Source of the DNA: an uncultured Caldilineales bacterium
GTDB taxonomy: Bacteria > Chloroflexota > Anaerolineae > J102
Direction: 5' to 3'
Assembly (NCBI GenBank): GCA_964535455.1
Contig: CAZHTZ010000005.1
Span: 1 to 44,900 of the forward strand
DNA: 44,900 nt
A program made the translations under genes and the position numbers. The notes below the pieces were generated by a model. It searched no databases and was not told the origin of the DNA. It was given only the letters and a program-made list of their open reading frames with translations. Of this stretch, positions 17,967 to 27,370 are shown in pieces; position 1 is the first letter of the stretch, and every line of letters begins with the position of its first letter.

Positions 17967-19055
17967 ATGTCTAAGAAGTTGCTGGTCATGTTCGCCATTC
18001 TTAGCGCGGCTGTCCTCTTGACCGCCTGTGGTGGAGCTTCTACTAATAGCCAAACGTCTTCTTCCACAACTGCTCCCACTGGCTCGGAGACGGGCAAAGG
18101 ACAGGTGAAGCTGGTTCTGGGCGCGTACACCACGCCTCGCGAGGCATACGGCGAGTTGATCCCCATCTTCCAGAAGCAGTGGAAAGAGAAGACCGGCCAG
18201 GACGTCGTGTTCGAGGAGTCCTACCTGGGCTCGGGCGCGCAGTCGCGAGCCATCGTCGACGGCTTCGAGGCTGACATCGCGGCCTTGTCATTGGAGGCCG
18301 ATATCAATCGCATCGAGAAGGCCAAACTGATCACCCATGATTGGCGCAGAGGGCCCTCCAAGGGTATGGTCAGCGACTCGATCGCAGTTATCGGAGTGCG
18401 CAAAGGCAACCCCAAAGGCATCAAAGACTGGGCTGACCTGACCAAACCCGGGCTCGAGGTGCTGACGCCCAACCCCAAGGCCAGCGGCGGCGCCATGTGG
18501 AACATCCTGGCCCTCTATGGCGCCGCCTTGCGCGGTCATGTCGAAGGTGTGCCCAAGGGTGACGAAGCGGCGGCGCAGAAGTTCCTGCTGGATGTACTCA
18601 ACAATGTGACGGTCCTGGACAAAGGCGCCCGTGAAAGCATCACGAATTATGAGATGGGGGTGGGTGACGCCATCATCACCTATGAGAATGAGATCCTGGT
18701 CGGTCGCAAGAGCGGCCAAGACTACGAGTATCTCATCCCCAAGTCGACGATCTTGATCGAGAATCCCGTGGCTGTGGTCGACGCCTACGTCGACAAACAC
18801 GGCGCCCGCGCCGCGGCGGAAGCCTTCGTCAACTTCCTCTTCACCCCCGAAGCCCAGCAAGTGTTCGCAAAGCACGGTCTGCGCTCAGTGGACCCCGAAG
18901 TGGCCAAAGCTACGGCAGCCCAATACCCTGCGGTCGAAGACCTCTTCACCATTCAGGAGTTTGGCGGCTGGGCCAAAGCCACGCCTGATGTCTTCGGTGA
19001 AGACGGCGTCTACACCAAGGCCCTTTCGCAGGTGCAAAGACTGAACACCCAATGA
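17967..19055 (+). CDS. sbp: Sulfate ABC transporter substrate-binding lipoprotein
   Basis: Lipobox LTAC; SYLGSGAQSRAI, VRKGNPKGIKDW, PNPKASGGA, YENE, IENP. ATG 17967 fits the AGGAG spacing. Confidence 0.93.
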   Translation: MSKKLLVMFAILSAAVLLTACGGASTNSQTSSSTTAPTGSETGKGQVKLVLGAYTTPREAYGELIPIFQKQWKEKTGQDVVFEESYLGSGAQSRAIVDGFEADIAALSLEADINRIEKAKLITHDWRRGPSKGMVSDSIAVIGVRKGNPKGIKDWADLTKPGLEVLTPNPKASGGAMWNILALYGAALRGHVEGVPKGDEAAAQKFLLDVLNNVTVLDKGARESITNYEMGVGDAIITYENEILVGRKSGQDYEYLIPKSTILIENPVAVVDAYVDKHGARAAAEAFVNFLFTPEAQQVFAKHGLRSVDPEVAKATAAQYPAVEDLFTIQEFGGWAKATPDVFGEDGVYTKALSQVQRLNTQ

Positions 19056-19900
19056 CGGTTTCCTCCCTTGACAAAAGGGGGTCTGGGGCACGCGCACACC
19101 GGCGGCAATACGGTGTGCGCGCCGCCGCGCTCTCCTATCTGACGATTCTGCTGATCATTCCGTTGCTGGTCATCCTGCAAGATGGTCTTAGCGAAGGCCT
19201 GATCGGTTTGTTCGAGCAGATTTCGCGACCGATTGCCTGGAGCGCCCTGAAGCTCACTTTGTGGACCTCGGCAGTGATGGTGGTGATCAATACCATCATG
19301 GGTACGCTGACGGCGTATGTCCTCGTGCGTTATGAGTTCCCCGGCAGATCGTGGGTCAACGCCATCGTCGACCTGCCCTTGGCCATTCCCACGTTGGTCA
19401 CGGGGGTGATGCTGGTGGTGCTTTACGGGCCACAACAAGCATTGGGGGCATGGTTCAAGGACACCTTGGGTTGGCGGATCATTTTTGCGCCACCGGGCAT
19501 CGTTCTGGCCCTGCTGTTCATCACGTTTCCCTTTGTGGTGCGGGCCGTACAGCCGGTGCTGCTGGACCTGGATCGAGCACAGGAAGATGCGGCGGCAACG
19601 CTGGGCGCCACATCCTGGACGATCTTCCGCCGGGTGACGCTCCCGCCCCTGATTTTGCCTCTGACCAGCGGCGCCCTCCTCAGCTTCGCTCGCGCCATCG
19701 GTGAGTTTGGCGCCATCGTGATCGTCGCCGGAAACATTCCCTTCTACTCTCAAACCGCCGCTGTCTACGTCCTGGGCGAAGTTGAGTCCGAGAACCGCCT
19801 GGGCGCCAGCGCCGTGTCGATTGTGATGATGGGCATCGCCTTTAGCGCCATTGCGTTGGTAGCGCTCATCCAACGGTATCGCCGGAAGGGGGGTGCATGA
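19052..19900 (+). CDS. cysT: Sulfate ABC transporter permease CysT
   Basis: AYVLVRYEFPG, DLPLAIPTLVTG, PFVVRAVQPVL, FARAIGEFG. Confidence 0.92.
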   Translation: MTVSSLDKRGSGARAHRRQYGVRAAALSYLTILLIIPLLVILQDGLSEGLIGLFEQISRPIAWSALKLTLWTSAVMVVINTIMGTLTAYVLVRYEFPGRSWVNAIVDLPLAIPTLVTGVMLVVLYGPQQALGAWFKDTLGWRIIFAPPGIVLALLFITFPFVVRAVQPVLLDLDRAQEDAAATLGATSWTIFRRVTLPPLILPLTSGALLSFARAIGEFGAIVIVAGNIPFYSQTAAVYVLGEVESENRLGASAVSIVMMGIAFSAIALVALIQRYRRKGGA

Positions 19901-20730
19901 AGCGTGGATCTGGCCCCGCCCCCCGGCGCAGCGTCTGGGTTCGCCGCCTGCTCATCGCCATCGTCATGGGCTATGTCGCCGTCTTGATTTTGGCGCCGCT
20001 GGCAGGGCTGGTGGTTGGCGCCTTCGCCGACGGAATAGGTGGCATCTTCCAGGCGCTGACCCAGCCCGACGTGCTCGCCGCCTTCCGGCTCACGCTGTTC
20101 ATCAGTTTGATTACGGTAGTCGTGCACGGCGTCGGCGGCACGACGGTGGCGTGGATGATGGTGCGGCATCAGTTTCGCGGCAAGGCAATCATTAACGGTT
20201 TGATCGACATGCCTTTTGCCGTGTCGCCGGTCGTGGTGGGATATATGCTGCTGCTGCTGTTCGGACGCAACGGTCTGTTGGGGCCGCTGCTGGACACCTG
20301 GAACATCAAAGTGGTCTTCGCGGTGCCGGGCATGATTCTGGCGACGTTGTTTGTGACTCTGCCCTTCATGATCCGCGAGTTGATCCCGGTTCTGGAGGCG
20401 TTCGGCATCCAACAAGAGCAGGCCGCGGCGACGCTCGGCGCCAGCGGCTGGCAGACCTTCCGGCGTGTGACGCTTCCGGCTCTGCGTTGGGGCCTGATCT
20501 ACGGCCTGACTCTGACACTTGCGCGCGCCCTGGGTGAGTTCGGAGCGGTGCTGGTGGTGGGTGGGGGCGTCAAGGGTCGCACGGAAACGGCGACCCTGTA
20601 TATCTTCCGCGCCCTGGACGAGCGCCAGTACGTTGGCGCTTTCAGCGTAGCCCTGGTGCTGGGCATATTCTCGCTGCTACTGGTGGTCGGCGCCGACCTG
20701 TGGCGCCAGCGAGAGGAGAAGAAGGCGTAG
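19897..20730 (+). CDS. cysW: Sulfate ABC transporter permease CysW
   Basis: DMPFAVSPVVVG, PFMIRELIPVL, ARALGEFGAV. Confidence 0.92.
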   Translation: MKRGSGPAPRRSVWVRRLLIAIVMGYVAVLILAPLAGLVVGAFADGIGGIFQALTQPDVLAAFRLTLFISLITVVVHGVGGTTVAWMMVRHQFRGKAIINGLIDMPFAVSPVVVGYMLLLLFGRNGLLGPLLDTWNIKVVFAVPGMILATLFVTLPFMIRELIPVLEAFGIQQEQAAATLGASGWQTFRRVTLPALRWGLIYGLTLTLARALGEFGAVLVVGGGVKGRTETATLYIFRALDERQYVGAFSVALVLGIFSLLLVVGADLWRQREEKKA

Positions 20731-20742
20731 GTACCCCCTTCC

Positions 20743-21618
20743 TCAGTGTCGCTTGCCAGTGACGCCGCGTACTCCGTCCCACACCCCGCGCAGCCGCGCT
20801 CGTGCAGCCTCGCCGCGCCAGGCCCTCAACGCCTCCCAAACGACCCTCCCGTGTCCGGCCAGAATGGCGCTGCCGTGCTGCCGCCAATCGGCAGGCTTCA
20901 GGCGCCAGCGGTGGAGCAACACGGTGTTGCGCCCCACGTAGTAACTGGCAATCACTCCTCCACCGGTGGCGCTCAGGTGGTGGTAGACTCTGGCCTCTGG
21001 AACGAAAACGCACTTCCAGCCCGCCTGCTGAGCGCGCCAAGCCAGATCAACATCTTCCAGCCACATGAACAGACGCTCGTCGAAGCCGCCGAGCTGTTCC
21101 CACGCGGTGCGGCGATAGGCGGCGGCCCCGCCGCAGGCGCCGAACACCTCGATCTGGTGGTCGTATTGACCCCGGTCGATTTCCCACACACCGCGGTTCT
21201 GAGGGATGAAGCCGGGGCCAAGCATGTCACCGGCGCTGTGCAAGGTGTCGCGGCGGTCAAACAGCAGCATCTTGCTGGCGGCTGCGCCCGCCTCAGGGTG
21301 GTCGGCCAGCGCCTGGCAGAGCGCTTCCAGCCAGCCTGGCTCTGCCTCGGTGTCGTTGTTCAGCATGACGACGACGTCGGCATGCGCCGCCTGTGCGCCC
21401 CGGTTGCTGGCAACGGTGAATCCCAGGTTTTCTGCCAAGGCCAACACCCGCACCTCGGGATAGTCCTCGCCAAGCAGGCGTAGGGAGTCATCGGTGGAGC
21501 CGTTGTCGACGACAATGACCTCGAATTGCGGGTGCGTCTGGCGGCGCAGGCTATCGAGGCACATGCGCAGATGGCGGGCGCCGTTCCAGTTGGCGATGAT
21601 GACGGCAGCAGAAAGCAT
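20743..21618 (-). CDS. Glycosyltransferase family 2 (rhamnosyltransferase-like)
   Basis: IANWNG, VVDNGSTD, NLGF, LNND, GGFDE..FMWLEDVDL. Confidence 0.9.
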   Translation of the reverse strand: MLSAAVIIANWNGARHLRMCLDSLRRQTHPQFEVIVVDNGSTDDSLRLLGEDYPEVRVLALAENLGFTVASNRGAQAAHADVVVMLNNDTEAEPGWLEALCQALADHPEAGAAASKMLLFDRRDTLHSAGDMLGPGFIPQNRGVWEIDRGQYDHQIEVFGACGGAAAYRRTAWEQLGGFDERLFMWLEDVDLAWRAQQAGWKCVFVPEARVYHHLSATGGGVIASYYVGRNTVLLHRWRLKPADWRQHGSAILAGHGRVVWEALRAWRGEAARARLRGVWDGVRGVTGKRH

Positions 21619-21655
21619 GAGCGGTGGCGTGCAGGCCGGCGGGCGCCTGGCTGCC

Positions 21656-22513
21656 TTACAGCCGGCCTTCCAGGCGCTCGTGCTCGACCCAGTTCGCGAC
21701 CGCTTCCTGCCAAGGGGGCAGCGTCACCCCGTAGGCGGCGGCGGAACGGTTGGCCAGCACGGCGCGCAGCGGGGGCTGGCTCGGCCGCGGCCACTCGGTG
21801 TGGGCGATAGGGGTGACAGGAATGTCACCGCGACCGCTTTGACGCAGCACCTCGCAGGCGAACTCGTAGCGACTGGCGAACCCGGTGTTGGTCAGGTGGT
21901 AGATGCCTGCCGGCGCCGAGCGCCCAACGAGGGCCAGGATGCCGGCAGCCAGGTCCGCGGCATACGTGGGGTTGCCGAATTCGTCGCCGACGACGCGTAA
22001 CTGCCCGTGCTTGTCGGCTCCAGCGATGATCTTGGATGGGAAGTTGTTGCCGCCTGGACCAAAGAGCCAGGCCGTGCGCACGATCAACACCAGGTCGTGA
22101 AAGTAGCGAGCTGCCGTCTCACCGGCGAGCTTGGAGCGAGCGTAAGCGCTGGCCGGGTGCGGCTGGTCCCACTCGTCATAAGGCAGAGAGGCCGTGCCGT
22201 CAAACACTTCGTTGCTCGAAACGTGCACGAGGGGAACCCCCAGGCGATGACAGGCGCGGGCCAGATGGCCCACGGCATGGGCATTGACGGCATAGGTCAG
22301 ATCGGGCTCGGTTTCCGCCCGGTCCACATTCGTGTTAGCAGCGGCATTGATGACGACCTGGGGCTGAAGCGTCCCCAGCACGTCCATAACCGCCATCGCA
22401 TCGGTCATGTCGAATTCCGGGAGATCCAGACCGACGTGCTCGAGTCCGGTCGGGAAGCTGTACAACATCCGGCCCAACTGGCCCTTGTGTCCAACGATGA
22501 CTAGTTTCGCCAT
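21656..22513 (-). CDS. rfbD: dTDP-4-dehydrorhamnose reductase
   Basis: GHKGQLG, INAAA.T.VD.AE, VFDG, YARSKLAGE, G.PT..DLA. Confidence 0.93.
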   Translation of the reverse strand: MAKLVIVGHKGQLGRMLYSFPTGLEHVGLDLPEFDMTDAMAVMDVLGTLQPQVVINAAANTNVDRAETEPDLTYAVNAHAVGHLARACHRLGVPLVHVSSNEVFDGTASLPYDEWDQPHPASAYARSKLAGETAARYFHDLVLIVRTAWLFGPGGNNFPSKIIAGADKHGQLRVVGDEFGNPTYAADLAAGILALVGRSAPAGIYHLTNTGFASRYEFACEVLRQSGRGDIPVTPIAHTEWPRPSQPPLRAVLANRSAAAYGVTLPPWQEAVANWVEHERLEGRL

Positions 22514-22544
22514 GACTTGTTCTGTCCTCGCACCAACAGGCGCC

Positions 22545-23201
22545 CTATTGCACCGGGTTTTCGAAGCGGAAACCGTGGCCGCGCACGGTGACGATGTAGT
22601 GATGATCGGGCTCTAGCTCGGTCAGGCGCTCTCGCAGACGCCGTACGAGGGCGTCGATGGCCTGCTCGGTGACGCCAGCGCTGTCAGCGTCCGGCCAGAC
22701 CACGCGTACGACTGCCTCCCGGTCGATGACGGCGCCATTGGCTTCGACCAGCGCGCTCAGAAGACGGAACTGGGCGATAGACAGAGGCGGGTCCAGCCCC
22801 CTGCCGTGGATTTCGACAGTGCGCCGGGTGTCGTCCAGCCGCAGATTTGATCGGGTGGTGGGCTGTGGCAGGTCGGCCGTGAGCGGCGCCGTGGCGCCGG
22901 CATCGACAAAGGTCAGACGGAAGCGCAAGGCAACCTGGATCTCGTCGCCATCTTGGAGGAGGTAGGGGCTGCTCACCACCTCACCGTTGACATAAGTACC
23001 GTTCTTACTGGCGTTGTCGACGAGATAGTAGCCCTCAGTTCGGCGCTCGATGGTTGCGTGTTCACGTGAGACCACGCGCTCGGGCAGGACGATATCGCAG
23101 TCAGGGGAGCGGCCTATGTTCAGTCGCTCACGATCAAGCGGCCAACGTCCGCCGCCCTCGCTGCGTTGCATGATGAGCATCGCGACTTCTTGCTGGGGCA
23201 T
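22545..23201 (-). CDS. FHA-domain plus OmpR-type winged-helix transcription regulator
   Basis: FHA: IGRSPDCD, VSREHA, SKNGTYVNG. C-terminal wHTH: DALVRRLRERL...TVRGHGFRF. Confidence 0.9.
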   Translation of the reverse strand: MPQQEVAMLIMQRSEGGGRWPLDRERLNIGRSPDCDIVLPERVVSREHATIERRTEGYYLVDNASKNGTYVNGEVVSSPYLLQDGDEIQVALRFRLTFVDAGATAPLTADLPQPTTRSNLRLDDTRRTVEIHGRGLDPPLSIAQFRLLSALVEANGAVIDREAVVRVVWPDADSAGVTEQAIDALVRRLRERLTELEPDHHYIVTVRGHGFRFENPVQ

Positions 23202-23224
23202 GGGCTGGGCTCAACGGGGAGGGG

Positions 23225-24229
23225 TCAGAGGAAGGAAGAACTGACGCTGACGATCAGGGCGAGCAACAAGAGGAGTGCGGCGGCGGCGACCAGCACGCGG
23301 TTGGCGAGCAGCGCCTCACCCCAGGTGGGCTCGATCACCTGGTAGACGCCGCCAGTGGTGACCGTGTCATGCGTGCTGAACAGAAGGTCGGTGAAGTCCT
23401 CCACCGAAGCCGGCCGGTCGTCAGGGTGCATGGCCATCGCCGCCATGATCGCCCGCTCGGTTGTGGCCGAGATGGCGGGGTTGATCGTGCGGGGCAGGGC
23501 CAGGCTGCCCGGATGAAGGAAGCGTTGTCGCGCATCGATGGGCGCTCGCAGCGTGAGCAGATGATACAGGGTCGCACCCAGGGCGTAGATGTCGGTGCGA
23601 ACGTCCGTGTGACCCCCATCGCCGCCATATTGCTCCAGGGGCGTGTATTGGACCGTGCCGCGTCCCTGGACAGCGGTGACCGTGCGGTTTTCATCTGGTT
23701 CCACCACCTTGACGAGCCCAAAGTCTACGAGTTTGATGTGTCCGCTGGGGGTCAGCTTGATGTTGGACGGCTTGATATCGCGGTGCAGGATCACGGGAGT
23801 GCGAGTGTGCAGATAGGCAAGGGCATCACACAGTTGCCGGGCCCATTCCATGACCTCCTCTTCTGGAAGGAACTCGCCCTGACTTCGGGCATCGTCCATC
23901 AGCTCCTTCAGGTCCTTGCCAGGCACATAGTCCATGAGCAAGTACTCGCGGTTTTCCTGCGAGAAATAGTCGCTCACCTTGGGCAGGTTGGGATGGTCGA
24001 GCTGGGCCAGGGTGCTGGCTTCCTGGTAGAACTGCGCCTGATAGGAAGCGAGCTCTTCCTGATAGGCCACAAGGCCCGGCAGGATTTCCTTGACGGCGCA
24101 CAGCCGTCCGGTGAGCCGAAGGTCGGAGGCCCGATAGACGGCGCCCATGCCACCCTGACCGATGAGCTCGAGGATCTCATAGCGCTCACGCAGAACGGTG
24201 CCAGGAGGGAGCACGGACAGGGAAGTCAT
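23225..24229 (-). CDS. Hanks-type Ser/Thr protein kinase with a C-terminal membrane anchor
   Basis: IGQGGMGAVY, AVKE, HRDIKPSNI, DFG, GTVQYTPLEQ, DIYALG; ends with a single TM. Start set at ATG 24229. Confidence 0.93.
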   Translation of the reverse strand: MTSLSVLPPGTVLRERYEILELIGQGGMGAVYRASDLRLTGRLCAVKEILPGLVAYQEELASYQAQFYQEASTLAQLDHPNLPKVSDYFSQENREYLLMDYVPGKDLKELMDDARSQGEFLPEEEVMEWARQLCDALAYLHTRTPVILHRDIKPSNIKLTPSGHIKLVDFGLVKVVEPDENRTVTAVQGRGTVQYTPLEQYGGDGGHTDVRTDIYALGATLYHLLTLRAPIDARQRFLHPGSLALPRTINPAISATTERAIMAAMAMHPDDRPASVEDFTDLLFSTHDTVTTGGVYQVIEPTWGEALLANRVLVAAAALLLLLALIVSVSSSFL

Positions 24230-24249
24230 GACGTCACCATGGGCGGGTG

Positions 24250-27237
24250 CTACTCGGCAGCCACGAGTTCGGGACGCAGCCGGTCGGCCAGGAAAGGAAG
24301 CAGGCCGCCGGCGAAGGCAACGACCGCAGCGGCGCCTTCGCTCAAGAGCCCATTGAGAGCAGCACCACCTGGCAGCCATCCGACGGCATACAACAGGTAG
24401 AGCATCTGGCTGCCGATGATTGACAGCAACAAGCCACGCAGCAGCGCCTCACGTTCGTGACGGTTGTTGTAAGAGTAGCCGTAGAGGGCGGCAGCGGCAG
24501 CGCTGCCAATCAGAGCCAGGAGGAAGGATACCAGGCTTACGCGTTGGCCAGCGCCCAGCAGCCCTTTGCCCGTCGCGGGCTGTATCGAACCGTTGTTTGC
24601 AGGCGGCGGGGGGGTAGGGGTCGGCCTCGCCGTCGGTGCCGGGCTGGGAGTGGGGGTGGTTTCGGGGGTGGGTGTATGGGTGGGGGTCGGACGTGCCGTG
24701 GCGGTCGACAGCAAGGCGCGTGTTGCGCCGCCCACCGTCAACAGCAGGGTGTCAGAGGTGGCGCCTTCGCCGGCAGTGGCCGAGAGCTGCAGGCTTCCCG
24801 CTCGTTCGATTTTCAGCAAGGCGCTGGCCATGCCCTTGTTGGTGACCGCTTGCTGGCGGGGCAACTCGATCCCCTCTTGCAGGTCCTGAAAGCGGAACTC
24901 AGCCTGGGTGCCGTCAGGCACGATATTGTGGTTTTGGTCACGGATCGGTCCCGCTCTCAGCTCAATGCTGTCGCCAACGGCGAGGTCGATACGGCCGCTG
25001 CCGGTATCTCCCACCGGGGCCGGGCCGGTCCCGGACTGGGTGAGCAGGGCCAGGGGAAAACGCTGGCTCGGGTCGGGTTCAAGTTGGCGTCCCAGATTGT
25101 AGTCCACACCCGTGACGCTGACGGGCAAGTGTCCGGCAGGGGCCAGTTCGCGGAAGAGGGTGCGGACGGCCGTCTCCAGGAAAGGCCCCACCTTGCTATA
25201 CAGACCGTAGTAGGCCGTCAGCTTCCCGATCTCCGTGTCGCTCAGGAAGTAGGGAGCGTTGAAAGAGAAGACGATGAGGTTCTTATCGCGCAGGTTGTCG
25301 GCGCGTTGATCCAGGAAGCGCCGTAGTGCTCCCGAACTGGGTGCCGCCTCGGCGTCGACATCCTGCAAGGCGAATATGATCCAGTTGGCGCGGTCGATCA
25401 GTTCGTTGATCTGCTGCATCCGTTCTTGGGCGAGCTGCCTGTCAGGTGGGATGCTGACGGGGTCGGTGTTTTGACGGAGGAAGGTATCCAGCTCGGCGAA
25501 ACCCATGCTGTTGACGCTATTCTCGTCCAGTTGGTCGCTGGCCTGGGGGCCATACAGTCGCAGCATGATCTGTGCCAACGCCCCCGCAGGAATCGATTGC
25601 GTGGCCTGGCAGGCGGGGCACTCCGTGACCGTGCGCTCATCGGTGAAGACGAGGATGCGGTCGGTCTTTAGCGGCGCACTGGGCAGGCGATCGGCAAGCT
25701 CGGTGGCCCCGGGATAGATGAGTGTGATGCTGTTGCGTGCGACCTGGGTCACCAGATCATTGCCTTTGTTCAAACGATCAGGGAGATCGTCCTTGGGTCG
25801 TTGGGTCGCGGCCCAGCTCAGGCGCGGGTTCAGCCTCAGTTTGAGACGCAGGATGCGCGTCACCGATTCATCCACGCGGGCGCGGAATGCCGGGTCCTCC
25901 TCGTATTTCTGCTCGAAGTAGGACATGGCGTCCTGCATGTTCTTGACCTGTTCCGGCCAGTTGCCATCCCTGTCGAACTCGGCCAGGATGAGCAGGTCAT
26001 TGCCGGCCAGAAACGCTTCCTGTGCCACGCGCCGGCTGGGAAAACGGTCGGGTTCGTAGGCCTGGTAATAACGCTTGAGCGCACCCACTCCCAGGCTGTC
26101 GGCAACGAGAAGACCTCCGTTCGCCCGCCAGTTCTTGAACTGGCCCATAATGGTTTGCAGCTCAGGAGCCAGCGAGATGGGGGGAGTCAACTGGCGCGGG
26201 TTCTCCTGAAAGCCCTTGTAGCGCACATGCGACGTCATCAGGGCGTCGGTGGTCTCGTCCGAGGTGTCGGGGACTTCGGTGACGGCCTGGAATGGCACCA
26301 GCTCCACCTGCTGCAGCGCCGATAGGGGCTTCTGCACGGTGGCCACCTCGCGATCGGGCCGGCGGTCGCTGGCGCCCTGACCGGGGAAGTGCTTGGCGAC
26401 GGTCGCCACACTGCCGCCTGACCCCTGATGGACGCCGGCGATATAGGACTTGCCCATCTGCGCTACCCAGTAGGCGTCACCGCCAAAGGTGCGCGTGCCG
26501 GGGTACCCTTTTAGTTCCGGTCTGGGGTTGTCCAGGACATCCAGGGAAGGCCCCAGCAACAGGTTGATGCCCGTGGCTGCCAATTCCTGGCCGACGACAG
26601 CACCCACCTGCCGGGCAAGGTCAGGTTGCCAGGTGGCGCCCAGGGCGAGGTTGTTGGGGATGGGCGTGAACCCGTTGGTGAGACCGGTGAAGGGATAGCC
26701 GTCGCCTTCCTGGTTGATGGCGATCAGCAAAGGCAGACCAGGGATGCCATCAGCCAGAGACGGGTTGAGTTTGCCGTCCTCGCCAACGACGCCGGTGTTG
26801 AGGTCACGAAAGGCGAAGGTCTGCAGGTCGTTGGTCAATTGAGTGACCGCCTCCGCCGTATTGCCTTCGTTGCGGAAGTTCTCGTTTTCAGGCGTCAGGA
26901 CGACCCCACCCACATGCCAGTCTCGGATGAGATGGGCCACGTCGCTATTGGGCCCCACGTCGTTTCCCTTGAAGGTGATAAGGAAGAGTTGGCCCACGCG
27001 CTGCGGCACGGACATGCGCGCCAGGATTTCCTGGGCCAACGCTGCCGTCTCCTGATCGTTGCTGACGTGAGGGGCGTCCGGCGCCGGGCGCGGGGTGTCC
27101 ACTGGCGCTGGTGTTGGTGTTGGTGTGTCACTTCCTTGGGCGCTGGCAGGGAGAAGCGGCGCCACCCATCCCCACAGGAGTAGCCCAAGCAGCAGGTAGA
27201 GACCCAGTTGGCGAGCGAAGGCCGGGCGAGATCGCAT
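24250..27237 (-). CDS. Exported, membrane-anchored glycoside hydrolase family 3 (NagZ-like) protein with a Pro/Thr linker and 3 C-terminal TMs
   Basis: Signal peptide; VGQLF, NQEGDG, GINLLLGPSLDV, RTFG, KHFPGQG, ADSL, AGNDLL; PT repeats; three hydrophobic C-terminal helices. Start ATG 27237. Confidence 0.88.
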   Translation of the reverse strand: MRSRPAFARQLGLYLLLGLLLWGWVAPLLPASAQGSDTPTPTPAPVDTPRPAPDAPHVSNDQETAALAQEILARMSVPQRVGQLFLITFKGNDVGPNSDVAHLIRDWHVGGVVLTPENENFRNEGNTAEAVTQLTNDLQTFAFRDLNTGVVGEDGKLNPSLADGIPGLPLLIAINQEGDGYPFTGLTNGFTPIPNNLALGATWQPDLARQVGAVVGQELAATGINLLLGPSLDVLDNPRPELKGYPGTRTFGGDAYWVAQMGKSYIAGVHQGSGGSVATVAKHFPGQGASDRRPDREVATVQKPLSALQQVELVPFQAVTEVPDTSDETTDALMTSHVRYKGFQENPRQLTPPISLAPELQTIMGQFKNWRANGGLLVADSLGVGALKRYYQAYEPDRFPSRRVAQEAFLAGNDLLILAEFDRDGNWPEQVKNMQDAMSYFEQKYEEDPAFRARVDESVTRILRLKLRLNPRLSWAATQRPKDDLPDRLNKGNDLVTQVARNSITLIYPGATELADRLPSAPLKTDRILVFTDERTVTECPACQATQSIPAGALAQIMLRLYGPQASDQLDENSVNSMGFAELDTFLRQNTDPVSIPPDRQLAQERMQQINELIDRANWIIFALQDVDAEAAPSSGALRRFLDQRADNLRDKNLIVFSFNAPYFLSDTEIGKLTAYYGLYSKVGPFLETAVRTLFRELAPAGHLPVSVTGVDYNLGRQLEPDPSQRFPLALLTQSGTGPAPVGDTGSGRIDLAVGDSIELRAGPIRDQNHNIVPDGTQAEFRFQDLQEGIELPRQQAVTNKGMASALLKIERAGSLQLSATAGEGATSDTLLLTVGGATRALLSTATARPTPTHTPTPETTPTPSPAPTARPTPTPPPPANNGSIQPATGKGLLGAGQRVSLVSFLLALIGSAAAAALYGYSYNNRHEREALLRGLLLSIIGSQMLYLLYAVGWLPGGAALNGLLSEGAAAVVAFAGGLLPFLADRLRPELVAAE

Positions 27238-27243
27238 GACGCG

Positions 27244-27272
27244 AGTATAGGAAGGTTGCATAAGGGTGTCAA
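27244..27272 (-). promoter_or_regulatory. Near-consensus sigma-70 promoter, probably producing a leaderless mRNA
   Basis: Minus strand: TTGACA (27272-27267), 17 nt, TATACT (27249-27244), 6 nt, ATG (27237). Confidence 0.75.
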
Positions 27273-27370
27273 GACAACGTTGAGGCCAACACACCCCACG
27301 AGCATGCCTCCGTTTCTGACAGGGTGTGCGTTTTGACCTGCGCCGCCCCCTGAACCTATAATACCTGTTT

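Noticed and set aside
24600-24700. G-rich repetitive tract (possible G-quadruplex or tandem repeat)
   Set aside because: Explained by the Pro/Thr linker codons of the minus-strand GH3 protein.
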